This document shows positions 10,424 through 20,601 of a DNA stretch of 64,000 bases, one piece after another. The translations under genes and the position numbers were made by a program. This stretch comes from Candidatus Poribacteria bacterium (GTDB lineage: Bacteria > Poribacteria > WGA-4E > PCPOR2b): assembly GCA_965218095.1 (NCBI GenBank), contig OZ244587.1, forward strand, positions 1,536,001 to 1,600,000, given 5' to 3'. The notes beneath the pieces were generated by a model, which was not told the DNA's origin, searched no databases, and saw only the letters and a list, made by a program, of their open reading frames with translations. How positions within the stretch are numbered: the stretch's first letter is position 1; the number at the start of each line of letters is the position of its first letter.

Positions 10424-10566
10424 TAAAAGAAATCGACATGCAAGTTATTGATGATCTGTCGGAATTGTTCTTGATACGGTTCTAGCAGTTGGTGACGGAG
10501 TTGCCCCCAACGGGTTTGATCGGTATTCAGATACGCCATCGCTGCTAAATGGCATTCGAGATTCTT

Positions 10567-10775
10567 TGACACCTACAAAATCACAGTCTGTTTGGGGGGC
10601 ATTGTACCAAAAATCGGGGGTATTGTCCATCCTTTTTTGAACTGATTGACCAGTATTGGTAAGCATTTCAGCTTATTCTCCCCACAACCAACTTCAGAGG
10701 GGCTCCTGCTGATAAAGTGTAGACAAGATTCTCAAAATCGGGGGAGATAATCCTTAGTATCACTGCATTCTGTCA
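10567..10775. mobile_element. 209-bp insertion with TGACA...TGTCA ends and 6-bp target duplication
   Basis: ATTCTT at 10561-10566 and 10776-10781. Confidence 0.6.
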
Positions 10776-10842
10776 ATTCTTGCCAATGATCAAGGTGTTA
10801 AATGCAGTACGATAATGTGCTTCACGGCGAAAATCGTGAGAC

Positions 10843-11256
10843 TCACTCCGCCAATTTGACGTAATCATCAGCAATCTTTACTTCCTGATGTGCTTCTTCG
10901 TAAGTTGGTACTAGCATCTTCTTAGTGATCCTTTCGATAGTTTTTGCATTCCCATATAATAGCTGCCCCCACGTGACCACGCTTGCAGCAAGGTAGCCTC
11001 CGAGCGGACGGTCAATTGCACGAGGCACCACATCAATCGGCACGGGAAAATCGATGATGGCGTCGTCGTAGACATCGTATGCCTTACGATGGCGAGTCAA
11101 AATCAGCAGGTCTAGATCGCGGACAGACTCCAGCGCGTAGATCGAAGCCCCAAATTGGACAATGGCGAGGATGTCCGGGCCGGCTTTGAGAAGCGATTCA
11201 CAAATTTTAGGCAGAAACGGCGTAAAGTTTGGAACTTGATTGGGGCTGATAGACAT
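10843..11256 (-). CDS. Minimal nucleotidyltransferase (MNT) domain protein
   Basis: AIVQFGAS...RDLDLLIL...PIDVV; AGGAG RBS before ATG 11256. Confidence 0.75.
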   Translation of the reverse strand: MSISPNQVPNFTPFLPKICESLLKAGPDILAIVQFGASIYALESVRDLDLLILTRHRKAYDVYDDAIIDFPVPIDVVPRAIDRPLGGYLAASVVTWGQLLYGNAKTIERITKKMLVPTYEEAHQEVKIADDYVKLAE

Positions 11257-11291
11257 GCGATCACTCCTCGTGGCCTGTCTCGTAAGTTCAT

Positions 11292-11430
11292 CAGGACTTA
11301 CGCATTTTAAGGCGCAGGTTCGCCTCAAATCCTTGCTGTCTCTTGAATCTTGAATCCAACACTGACACAAGATACATGATGCCAGATACAGAAAACACGC
11401 AAATTTCTTATCGTAACTGCGTAAGTCCTA
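11292..11430. mobile_element. MITE, CAGGACTTACGCA family, copy A
   Basis: caggacttacgca...tgcgtaagtccta; 5-bp duplication TTCAT on both sides. Confidence 0.85.
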
Positions 11431-11575
11431 TTCATATCCTACATTGAGCAACCCTTATGTCAAAGAAATCTGATATATCTGGCATATTTTTTGCCCAAAC
11501 GGGAAAATCCAGGACTTCGGTGTAAAAAACCGATATTGGACCATTGTCTAATGAGAAAAATGTAGGTCATATCAT

Positions 11576-11620
11576 AAAAAAAGGGAAATTGGGATGAAGC
11601 CGATTCTCCCAATTTCCCTT
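11576..11620 (-). terminator. Rho-independent terminator of the OmpA-family gene
   Basis: 14-bp stem aagggaaattggga/tcccaatttccctt followed by a U-tract on the minus strand. Confidence 0.8.
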
Positions 11621-11642
11621 AAAATGGATGCAATCCGAAAAG

Positions 11643-12515
11643 CTACATCATCGTGCCAGCAGGATAGATAATCACTTCAGCGCGCCGGTTTTTGGCGCGA
11701 CCCGCTGTTGTATTCACTGGAGCAATCGGTTCTGTGTGGCCAAGCGCACGAGACTCGATCATGTTCGCTACCCCTTTGTCTTTGAGATATTTTACAACCG
11801 ACTCCGCTCGGGCTTGGGAAAGATCCCAATTGCTGCGGTATCTTCCACCTAACACGGGGCTGCCATCCGCATGACCTTTAACAACTATCATTGCATCAGG
11901 CTGTTGTTGAACCGCTGTGACCGCTTTGTCCAGCTCTTCCTTTGCAGCCTGGCTCAGACCAGTTTTCCCGCCAGCGAACTGAACAGTAGCCGCTATCATT
12001 GGCTTGGCAGAGGCTGCGGCTTTTGTCGCAGTCACATCTGCTTTTGTATCCATGAGGGAAGTTTGCACCTTTGACAGGGTTTGCGCTTGACTTTGCGTCT
12101 GCTTTTCAAGTTGGTCGAGCTGGTCACGAAGTTTCTGATCGCCAGACATGGCAAAATCTTGCACTTTTTGACCAGCCATATTTGCGGTTTGAGTGAGATC
12201 TTCACGCAGTTGTGCATCTTCACTTTTAGCAAAATTTTTGGCGGTTTCGATGGTGTCGGCATCGCCTTGTTCACTCGTTGCCACGGCTTCCTCTTTCGCC
12301 GTAGAAATCCCTGTCCTCAAGGCATCACCCTGTGCATCTACTTTGCCGCTAACCTCAGAGACTTGGTTTCCCAACTTAGAGTGTTCGTTGGCACTTTCTT
12401 GAACATAACCGTCCCGCCACGTCTCGAAATCTTTTTTACCCAGTTTGCTGCAACCGCTTAGAACAATGCTGAAAACAAAAATGCTAACGATTGCCAGCCC
12501 TGCTACATTTTTCAT
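11643..12515 (-). CDS. OmpA/MotB-family lipoprotein with coiled-coil linker
   Basis: Lipobox LSGC; VKGHAD, NWDLSQARAESV, GRAKNRRAEV. Confidence 0.92.
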   Translation of the reverse strand: MKNVAGLAIVSIFVFSIVLSGCSKLGKKDFETWRDGYVQESANEHSKLGNQVSEVSGKVDAQGDALRTGISTAKEEAVATSEQGDADTIETAKNFAKSEDAQLREDLTQTANMAGQKVQDFAMSGDQKLRDQLDQLEKQTQSQAQTLSKVQTSLMDTKADVTATKAAASAKPMIAATVQFAGGKTGLSQAAKEELDKAVTAVQQQPDAMIVVKGHADGSPVLGGRYRSNWDLSQARAESVVKYLKDKGVANMIESRALGHTEPIAPVNTTAGRAKNRRAEVIIYPAGTMM

Positions 12516-12601
12516 TGTTACCTCCTAAAAAAGAGGATTCATTCATTGAAAGTGAATGAATCCGGTTTATGGGCATCTGATACTCTCTCAGATTTCAGCA
12601 T

Positions 12602-12630
12602 ATTGTAGCACAAACCGAATTTTTATACAA
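12602..12630 (-). promoter_or_regulatory. Sigma70-type promoter of the OmpA-family gene
   Basis: TTGTAT-N17-TACAAT with TG extension on the minus strand. Confidence 0.55.
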
Positions 12631-12775
12631 GAAAAATTCTCTTAGCAACCCGGTCTGCCATATCGAAATGTGTGTTTGCCGATTGGCAATTGTCCATTGT
12701 CAATTGTATAATATTGAGGAATAAAAAGCAGATAGGCGCAATCATTTTGTTCACACCGGCTATAGGGAATTAAAA

Positions 12776-13811
12776 ATGGGGAAAATTGGCATTGGTATTA
12801 TCGAGTTGGGGCTGGGTGAATTGATGTTGGGAATTCGGCAGATTTCCAATACCGATCTGGAGATTCGGGGGATTTGCGATACGAACGTGAATCGGCTTGA
12901 AAGCGTCCGCACACAATATCAACCCCCGTTTGCAACGACAGATTATCGGGAACTAATCCGGCAGGATGAAATCAACATCGTTGGCATCTACACGCCCGAT
13001 CCGTTGCATGCGCGGCACTGCCTCGACGCGCTTGACTGTGGTAAGCATGTTATCTGCACAAAAGGCTTTGTTGACAATCTCGACGATGCAATTCGTGTAT
13101 TACAACGGACGCGAGAGACCGGCTTGAAGCTGCTGGTTGGGCAGACTTGTCGCTTTGTCCCAGATTTTATGCACACCTATCGATCGACGGAATCCGGCAG
13201 GCTCGGGCACGTCGTCGCAGTCGAAGCCCATTATGTACATGATATGCGTAGTGTACTCACGGCGACGCCCTGGAGATTGGAGATACCAGATGCCTCAGAA
13301 ACTGCTCTACGGTGGACTGTGTCACCCAATAGATCTGGTCGTTTGGTTTCTCGGATTTCCCTGCGCGGTGCATGCAATCGCCCACGAAAGCGGGATCGAT
13401 GAGCGGTATCCTTCGGGCAAAGGACGTTTCAATGGCAACTGGATGGTCAATCTAATCTATGCGGATGGACGGCTTGGGGTGTATGGTCTTTGTCACCCGC
13501 CGATGCCAATGTTGGGACTGTCCGTTTACGGAACGACTGGCAGCGTTGTCAATGGGCAAGCTGTTTTCGATGACAACTATCACAAGATTATTCCTGTCAG
13601 CGAAGCCATTGGCTTGGATACCGATTACCTCGCCAACACTGGGCATGTTGGCGAGGTTGTGCGGTATATGCTCCATTTTGAAGATTGCCTCAAGCATGAT
13701 AAACAGCCACTAATCGATGCAGAGGTAGGTGCGAAAGTGATCGCTGTTTTAGATGTGTGCGAGCGATCCGCAAGGAGCGGGAAGGTCGAAAGTGTACGAT
13801 TAGAGTTGTAG
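12776..13811 (+). pseudogene. Gfo/Idh/MocA oxidoreductase frameshifted by a 7-bp tandem duplication
   Basis: IYTPDPLH, GKHVICTK, then GGLCHPID in another frame; TGGAGAT x2 at 13271-13284. Confidence 0.85.
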
Positions 13812-13891
13812 TCAAGTCGCTATTCCGTTCAAAAGTTCAAGAGTTCATTTACGCATTACGTTTCACGTCTTATCAAAGAAGGAGGGATGAG

Positions 13892-14485
13892 ATGGCAAGG
13901 CAACTGAGAATGGTTCGGCTAAATCTGGACGGATTACCAGAACTTGAAATCCCGCAAGGCTATGAGATCCGCACCTATCAGGAGGGCGACGATGTGCATT
14001 GGGCAAACGTAATCAATGCGTCGTTTGGGGGCGAGCGCACGGTTGAGGACACACACCGCGATATCATCGATCGCGACGTATTTGACCCGACAGGGCTCTA
14101 TTTTGCGACCTATCAAGGAATGCCGGTTGGCACGGCGTGCGCATGGAAAAATACGTCTGATGAGACAGCGGTTGGGATTGTCCACATGGTGGGCGTTGAT
14201 TCCGAACACACGGGACATAAGCTCGGAAAATGTGTGTCACTTTGTGTGTTGTTGCATCTACAAAAACATGGTTTCAAGTGCGTTATCCTCAATACCGACG
14301 AGTTTCGTTTGCCTGCGGTCAAGACATATCTGAATCTTGGTTTCTTACCGGTCTATGTTGATGCGGATCAACCAGAACGCTGGCGTCAGATCTTTGAGAA
14401 GTTGGGATTGCCGGTCATGCCAGATCAATCGGAGAAGATCAGGGCAGAACTCTCTGATGAAATGTGGGCGAAGGTTTGTGGATAG
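13892..14485 (+). CDS. GNAT acetyltransferase
   Basis: VHMVGVDSEHTGHKLG, PAVKTYLNLGF; GGAGG RBS. Confidence 0.88.
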   Translation: MARQLRMVRLNLDGLPELEIPQGYEIRTYQEGDDVHWANVINASFGGERTVEDTHRDIIDRDVFDPTGLYFATYQGMPVGTACAWKNTSDETAVGIVHMVGVDSEHTGHKLGKCVSLCVLLHLQKHGFKCVILNTDEFRLPAVKTYLNLGFLPVYVDADQPERWRQIFEKLGLPVMPDQSEKIRAELSDEMWAKVCG

Positions 14486-14544
14486 TCTCAGATAATAAAG
14501 GTGAGTGAATAAAAATCATAAAATTTGGAGGACACAGAATCGCC

Positions 14545-15921
14545 ATGCATATCAACGATTCAATTACCGTCGAGCAACTCAAGCCGAAACTCCAACATCT
14601 CTTTAAAGTCTCTGGAAAGAAGATCCTGGCAATCGAAGACAGATGGGACCCCTCGAAGGGCACGCCCGTTTTCACCGCTGCCGGAAAGTACACCATGCGG
14701 GGATGGACAGAGTGGACACAGGGATTCCAATTCGGTTCCGCCCTTCTGCAATTCGACGCTGCCGATGATGAACAGTTCCTCGAAATCGGGCGGAAGAACA
14801 CAGTCGAAAAGATGGCGCCCCACCTGACACATATCGGTGTCCACGACCACGGGTTCAATAACGTATCCACCTACGGTAGCCTGCGGCGTTTAATACTTGA
14901 AGGGCGGATTCCACACAACGATTGGGAACTCCATTTCTGCCAACTTGCCCTGAAAGCCTCGGCGGGGGTTCAGGCGAGTCGCTGGTCGAAGATAAAGGAC
15001 GAGAAGGGCTACATCCCCTCCTTCAATGGCCCCCACTCACTTTTTGCGGACACTATACGCTCGTTGCGTGTACTGGCGTTGGGATACCGTTTAGGGCATG
15101 TGCTGATGGGCGAGAATGATCAGCCGATTTCTTTGCTGGAACGACTGCTGCATCACTCCGAGACCACCGCAGCTTACAATGTCTACTATGGCGAAGGGCG
15201 CGATGTGTTTGACGTGCGTGGACGAGTCGCGCACGAGTCGATCTTTAACATGAACGATGGGAACTACCGATGTCCAGGCACGCAGCAGGGCTATTCACCG
15301 TTCACGACGTGGACGCGAGGGCTCGCGTGGATTATCACGGGCTACGCTGAACAGCTTGAGTTCTTTGAAACGGTGACTGATGATGACCTCGCCCCTTACG
15401 GCGGGAAAGCGGGTGCAATTGCCCATATACTGAAAGCCGCGAAAGCGACATCCGATTTTTACATCGAGAACACAGCCAGCGATGGCATTCCGTATTGGGA
15501 CACCGGCGCGCCGGGGTTGACCAAACTTGGTCGGTATCTTGAAAGACCAGCGGAACCGTTCAACGACATCGAACCTGTGGATAGCTCTGCAGCAACAATC
15601 GCCGCGCAGGGACTGATTCGATTGGGGAATTACCTCAAAGAACAAGGCGATGCGGAAAATGGAGCGCAATACTATCAGGCAGGTTTAACGGTCGCCGATG
15701 CACTCTTTTCTGAACGGTATCTTTCGGAATCGGACGAACATCAGGGCTTGATTTTGCATTCGATCTACCACTGTCCAAACGGCTGGGATTATATCCCCGA
15801 AGGCAGAGCCATCCCCTGCGGTGAATCGTCGATGTGGGGAGATTACCATGCACGAGAGCTCGGACTGCTCTTGCTGCGGGAATCGGAGAAGAAGCCGTAT
15901 CTGACTTTTTGGGGAGGGTAA
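14545..15921 (+). CDS. GH88-like unsaturated glucuronyl hydrolase
   Basis: WTQGF, HDHGF, TWTRGLAW, GIPYWD, DSSAATI, WGDYH. Confidence 0.85.
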   Translation: MHINDSITVEQLKPKLQHLFKVSGKKILAIEDRWDPSKGTPVFTAAGKYTMRGWTEWTQGFQFGSALLQFDAADDEQFLEIGRKNTVEKMAPHLTHIGVHDHGFNNVSTYGSLRRLILEGRIPHNDWELHFCQLALKASAGVQASRWSKIKDEKGYIPSFNGPHSLFADTIRSLRVLALGYRLGHVLMGENDQPISLLERLLHHSETTAAYNVYYGEGRDVFDVRGRVAHESIFNMNDGNYRCPGTQQGYSPFTTWTRGLAWIITGYAEQLEFFETVTDDDLAPYGGKAGAIAHILKAAKATSDFYIENTASDGIPYWDTGAPGLTKLGRYLERPAEPFNDIEPVDSSAATIAAQGLIRLGNYLKEQGDAENGAQYYQAGLTVADALFSERYLSESDEHQGLILHSIYHCPNGWDYIPEGRAIPCGESSMWGDYHARELGLLLLRESEKKPYLTFWGG

Positions 15922-16209
15922 TCTCAGATTGAATTGGCGCTTGGCAAAACAGCCGGATTCTGTACAATTTTACTTGTTTTCAACGGGGTCAATAGCTGCA
16001 CCGCCCAAAATGGGGTCTCAAAGCCAGTCGTAGCAAGGTCTCCGGAGGCTGCCCCTTGCAGCACCCCTCCCCGACTGAAGGGGACTGAAGCACGGGTACA
16101 AAAAACGCCCGGCAGGAAAATTTCCCACTAGGCGTTTTATCCCGAAACCGAAAAAATATTGGAACAATCCAAAATATTGAACAATCCAGAGAAAGCCCAC
16201 AACCGACAC

Positions 16210-16238
16210 TTGACAACTATCCTTATTTATCGTATTAT
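16210..16238 (+). promoter_or_regulatory. Sigma70-type promoter
   Basis: TTGACA-N17-TATTAT upstream of 16315. Confidence 0.65.
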
Positions 16239-16314
16239 AGGGATGGTTTAAGCCGATGATTATGATCAGTCATAGGCTTTTCTTCTAATCCTCACTACAG
16301 GGAGGAAACCATCC

Positions 16315-17391
16315 ATGGAACGATTGATTTTCACCACACGCTTCACTGTTATTGTTTCCATCGTTATCTTACTATTTGGGTGTGGCGGAGATGATGAAGA
16401 TGATTTTGATCGGTTGGATCGCGACATCGACTCCTTAGAGAGCGATATAGATAGTATTAAAGGGGATTTAGAGCAGATAAATTCTGCCATTACCACTTTA
16501 ACTAATAGCATCAAGAACCCAGTACTTACTGGCGATAGACCCGAAACGCCTGTAAAGACGGAAGTTGTCGCCCCCGATTTCCCTATCCGCAATCCCGTCG
16601 TTCCTGATACTGGGGGGATAGTCGGTTCTTTAATCGCTTTTTCCAAGCGAGCGGATGATGCGGAAAATCTGTTCGTTATAGACGAACATGGCGGGTTCAT
16701 TACACAAATCACATTTAGCGATCGAGACTGTATGGAGCCTGCATGGTCGCCAGTAGAGGATAAATTGGCTTACTATTCTTCTCCTGACGCGAATGCGGGT
16801 GGCATCTATACAATGAGCTTGGATGGGGTTCACCAATCACGCCTTTTCCTTGACCAGAGTATACACGATATAGGCAACCCGTCTTGGTCACCTGATGGAA
16901 GAAGGATTGTTTTCCATACCCATCACGGTATCGTCGTCATGGATAGTAACGGCAGAAATTCCATTCTCATCCGTCGCGGCGGCATGCATCCCGATTGGTC
17001 GCCAGATGGTAGGCGTATCGCTTTCGTTGGAGGGCATGGTAATGATGACGATATTATGACCATGAGTCCCAGAGGCGACGCTCAAAAGTTATTGACTGGT
17101 CATTCTATAGGTAGCGATGAAAGACCAGATTGGTCCCCTGATAGCAGGCAGATCGCTTTTCAATCTCATCGCGACGGTCAGTGGGCGGTCTGTGTTATTG
17201 ATGCTGATGGTCAGAACGATATTGTCTTGACCCCTCAATTCGATAGTCGTAAACCAACGTGGTCGTCTGACGGCACTAAAATTGCCTTTACTTCTGAGGG
17301 CGATATTTTTACCATGAACGCCGATGGCACGAATGTCGTTAACATCACAAATACCCCAGACGTGGGGGAGAATTACCCTGAATGGCGTTAA
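16315..17391 (+). CDS. TolB-like PD40-repeat beta-propeller lipoprotein
   Basis: Lipobox LFGC; repeated PxWSPDGRRIAF. Confidence 0.9.
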   Translation: MERLIFTTRFTVIVSIVILLFGCGGDDEDDFDRLDRDIDSLESDIDSIKGDLEQINSAITTLTNSIKNPVLTGDRPETPVKTEVVAPDFPIRNPVVPDTGGIVGSLIAFSKRADDAENLFVIDEHGGFITQITFSDRDCMEPAWSPVEDKLAYYSSPDANAGGIYTMSLDGVHQSRLFLDQSIHDIGNPSWSPDGRRIVFHTHHGIVVMDSNGRNSILIRRGGMHPDWSPDGRRIAFVGGHGNDDDIMTMSPRGDAQKLLTGHSIGSDERPDWSPDSRQIAFQSHRDGQWAVCVIDADGQNDIVLTPQFDSRKPTWSSDGTKIAFTSEGDIFTMNADGTNVVNITNTPDVGENYPEWR

Positions 17392-17399
17392 AGTAGGGA

Positions 17400-18493
17400 T
17401 TTCAATCAGTATTGGCGACTGACGGAGGGGATTCCCAGAGGCATAACGGCAGGTTTGGGCTATCGGCTTGGGGACTTGCAATTCGACTACGGTTTCGTCG
17501 GTGGTTACTATCACTCCCAAACATCGCTATTTTCTGTGACGCTTTATTATTGAACTTATAGCGAGTAAAACGCGCGCTTCTCCCCTTATCCTCAACGAAA
17601 TGAAGGATCTCTTGCACCTTAACGAGGAGATTCTTCGCTGTGCTCTATTAGATTTCCAAGAAACTACCTGCAATGAGTTCATTGAACGTTGAACGAGCGA
17701 TTCTTATGTTTTACGTTTGTAAGCATTCAAAGGGAAGGAAGGTCTTGGACTCTCGGAGATCCCGACCTTCGGTCCAGGCCTCGGACTCTCGGTCGAAACT
17801 CCCGATGCTGTTCGTTTCGAGAATCGAAACATTACAGCATCGTGGAAGGAAGGAAGACAAAGGAGAGTATTTTACGCAGTACGCATCACGTATCACGTTA
17901 TTCTGCTTTCAACCTTAATTGGCTCGATAGGGCTGGCAGACGAAAAAGTGAGAATTGCCGGTATGGGAGGGGTCAAAATCGGTATGAACGTGCCGGATGC
18001 GGGGCTCTTTGGGAATCCTGCTGCTCTCCTTGACGTTGAGGCAAATAATTTGTCGATTGCTTTGTCAGTCGAAAATTACCGCTATGAAGAACTTCCCGAA
18101 ACACCTGCCATCCAGTTTGCCCTCCGCGTTGACTTTAGATTCCCATCCTTCAATCTACTACTCCAGAGCCTACGGTGAGTGGGGGTTCAGCATAGGATAT
18201 GCAGCGACGATAGAAAACGTCGCCGAATTTGAAGTTGAAGCAACGCGATCCGAATACATCGTGGACTTGACTTTGCCATCGGTTGGGAATTGCGCGACGC
18301 CTGGGAACGGAGATTCACCGGTTCCGCAGCTCTGCGGGGTGGACTCAGCCGTGTTGATACCGTAGAGACATTCTCAATCGGTGTCTCATTGGCGCTCGGT
18401 AGTTCGCATTGGAAATACACCATAAGCAAACGCTTTCGAGACCAACCATTGAGTCAAGCCACTCACCTTTTTGCTTCTACTGTGCGGTTCTGA
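17400..18493 (+). pseudogene. Fragments of PorV/TraF-like outer-membrane barrel gene(s)
   Basis: GITAGLGYRLGDLQFDYGF (about 17440-17550) and RIAGMGG...LFGNPAAL (from 17948) in broken frames. Confidence 0.4.
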
Positions 18494-18575
18494 AAATAAG
18501 CAAGTCAACGACTACGCATTACGTCTTACACTTACTCAGTCATCTTTTTGTAGGGTGAGCAACGCCACCAGGGCT

Positions 18576-19397
18576 TTATTCAAGTATTTGGCACCTGGTG
18601 AGCATCTGCCTGCCTCGCTCCGAGAGTTTGTCGAATTCTGCCTGAGTCATTTCGATAGGATTGCGCATCGCGAACCAGGGCAGGGAATAGCAAATCACCA
18701 ACTCCGGTCTAGGATGGTCCGCGCGGTTGGGCGTCCCACGGTGGAGCGTGCGTGGATCCTGAATCCACAGCATTCCTTTCTTCAGGTTGAGACGACGCCT
18801 AGTGGGAAAGTCACCCTTCTCCAGAACCTCGTCGTACCGCGCCTCCAACTCCGGGTCAGCAAGGTATTGAGTGGATGGCAATACCTCGAAGCTCCCATTT
18901 TCTTCAAAGGTGTCCACCAATGGGAATTTGACGCCGAAATGCGGACAGACCTCCAAGCCGACATGCGGAACTAAGCGTGAAACCCCACCATCTCGATGCC
19001 ACCGCTGGTACTCGCTGCCGGGGTACGGAGTGTTTGAATGATAGCAGGTAATCAGATAGTCGCTCCTGCCCCAATACCGGTCGAGAAACGCCAGCAACGC
19101 GGGATTCTCGTAAATCTCGGGATCGGCAAACGGCGGCTCCCAGGGGACGTACATCGTGTAACGATTGACCTGCCCCAAACGGCCTTCTACGACAAGACGG
19201 TCATCGCTGTGCCCATGCACCTTTACGCCGCTTGCGGGATCGCTGTGAGCCCTCACCGTTTCCAAAAATGGCAGAAAAGCTTCACGTATCCGATCGATTG
19301 TCTCAACAGGTATCAAGTCTTCAAAGGTAATGTAACCGTTGATCTTCAACTCGGCAAGTTTCAGATCCAGGTCATAGTTGGATAAAGCAGATGTCAT
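18576..19397 (-). CDS. PhyH-family dioxygenase
   Basis: QRWHRD, ENGSFEVLPST, LHRGTPN; ORF-track extension runs through a MITE, so start placed at ATG 19397. Confidence 0.88.
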   Translation of the reverse strand: MTSALSNYDLDLKLAELKINGYITFEDLIPVETIDRIREAFLPFLETVRAHSDPASGVKVHGHSDDRLVVEGRLGQVNRYTMYVPWEPPFADPEIYENPALLAFLDRYWGRSDYLITCYHSNTPYPGSEYQRWHRDGGVSRLVPHVGLEVCPHFGVKFPLVDTFEENGSFEVLPSTQYLADPELEARYDEVLEKGDFPTRRRLNLKKGMLWIQDPRTLHRGTPNRADHPRPELVICYSLPWFAMRNPIEMTQAEFDKLSERGRQMLTRCQILE

Positions 19398-19431
19398 TGG
19401 TTCTTCCTTATCGGTATACAAGTATTTGATA

Positions 19432-19689
19432 TAGGGATTACGCACTTCATATTGAAAAAGTAACCCGCTACCTGAATCCCCAATGGATTGGGGCAGGTGT
19501 TTACATTCTGCGCAGCGGAGCACTGCATCTTGAATCCTGATCAAGATACAAGATACCGGATGCAGATTGGAGCGAAGTCCGATCAGATCCCGGTGAAGCA
19601 TTGAGGATTCAGAGCAATCAGACGAGCACGGAAATTCCAATCTATCAGAATGAATCGTGGACTCATTGAGACCCACTGCGTAACTTCCA
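19432..19689. mobile_element. MITE, CAGGACTTACGCA family, copy B (diverged ends)
   Basis: tagggattacgca...tgcgtaacttcca; 5-bp duplication TGATA. Confidence 0.75.
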
Positions 19690-19702
19690 TGATAATTGAA
19701 AT

Positions 19703-20485
19703 CTAATCTCCGATGAACGGTTGAGCCGTTAAGATGCCGCCATCAACAGGATAGGTGACGCCGGTCACCGCGGAGGCTCTTGAACTAGCAAGGAACAGAA
19801 TCACTTCCGCAACCTCCGCGGGTTGTTGTAACCGTCGAATCGGTATCCGGCTGCACCATTTCTCAATGGCGCCTTCCATATCACCAGTCGCCTCCGCAAA
19901 TCCACGCAGCAAGGGAGTATCGATATAGCCGGGTGCGACAGCGTTGATGCGGATATTTTTGGGGGCAAAATCCAGAGCCATGCTTCGTGTTAATGAGACG
20001 ATTCCCCCCTTCGCGGCGGCATACGCCGATGATCCGGGCATGTTAAAAAAACTCTGCATCGACGCTATATTGACGATGCAGCCGCCGCCCTGTTCGAGCA
20101 TGTAAGGAATGCAATATTTTGAACAGAGGTAGACGCTTGTGAGATTTACGTTCAGAACATGATACCATTCATCTTCGGGCAACTCAACGATATCGGCGAC
20201 CATGCCCTGAACGCCGGCTACATTGACAAGGACATTGATCTTTCCAAACGCTGCCACGGCTTGTTCCACCATATTGCGCACATCGCTGGAGTTTGACACA
20301 TCAGCCCTGACAAAACACGCTTTGCCGCCTTGACGCTGAATCTCCTGGACCGTCCCGTTGCCGCCAGTTTCTTGAATGTCCACCACAACAACAGACGCCC
20401 CTTCCCTTGAAAAACGCATGGCGGTTGCTTCGCCGATGCCTTGGCCACTCCCGGTGACGATGACGACTTGATCTTTCATTTCCAT
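19703..20485 (-). CDS. SDR-family oxidoreductase
   Basis: TGSGQGIG, YAAAK, NAVAPG. Confidence 0.93.
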   Translation of the reverse strand: MEMKDQVVIVTGSGQGIGEATAMRFSREGASVVVVDIQETGGNGTVQEIQRQGGKACFVRADVSNSSDVRNMVEQAVAAFGKINVLVNVAGVQGMVADIVELPEDEWYHVLNVNLTSVYLCSKYCIPYMLEQGGGCIVNIASMQSFFNMPGSSAYAAAKGGIVSLTRSMALDFAPKNIRINAVAPGYIDTPLLRGFAEATGDMEGAIEKWCSRIPIRRLQQPAEVAEVILFLASSRASAVTGVTYPVDGGILTAQPFIGD

Positions 20486-20601
20486 TGTTATTCGCTCCTA
20501 TCAGAGGTTGGACTCTGGACAAATCCCGATTGTGAAAACGATTTGACGATAAAAAAGGTTGAAGATTGAGGCAGTTATGCAAGCTCACATATTGCTCCTG
20601 A

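Larger units (their letters stand above)
10163..10842 (-). pseudogene. Helical partner domain of the nucleotidyltransferase (HEPN-like), split by two insertions
   Basis: Pieces RREAHYRTAFNTL / LAAMAYLNTDQTRWGQLR...LHVDFFY / DRALPTPIEAEYQKW...ENKE*; the last two rejoin exactly when 10301-10423 and one target duplication are removed; HEPN call is inference from context. Confidence 0.55.

Noticed and set aside
19398-19676. N-terminal extensions in the ORF track (also 11257-11370, 13757-13891, 51837-51917)
   Set aside because: They run through MITE or heptamer-repeat DNA; RBS-supported starts lie downstream
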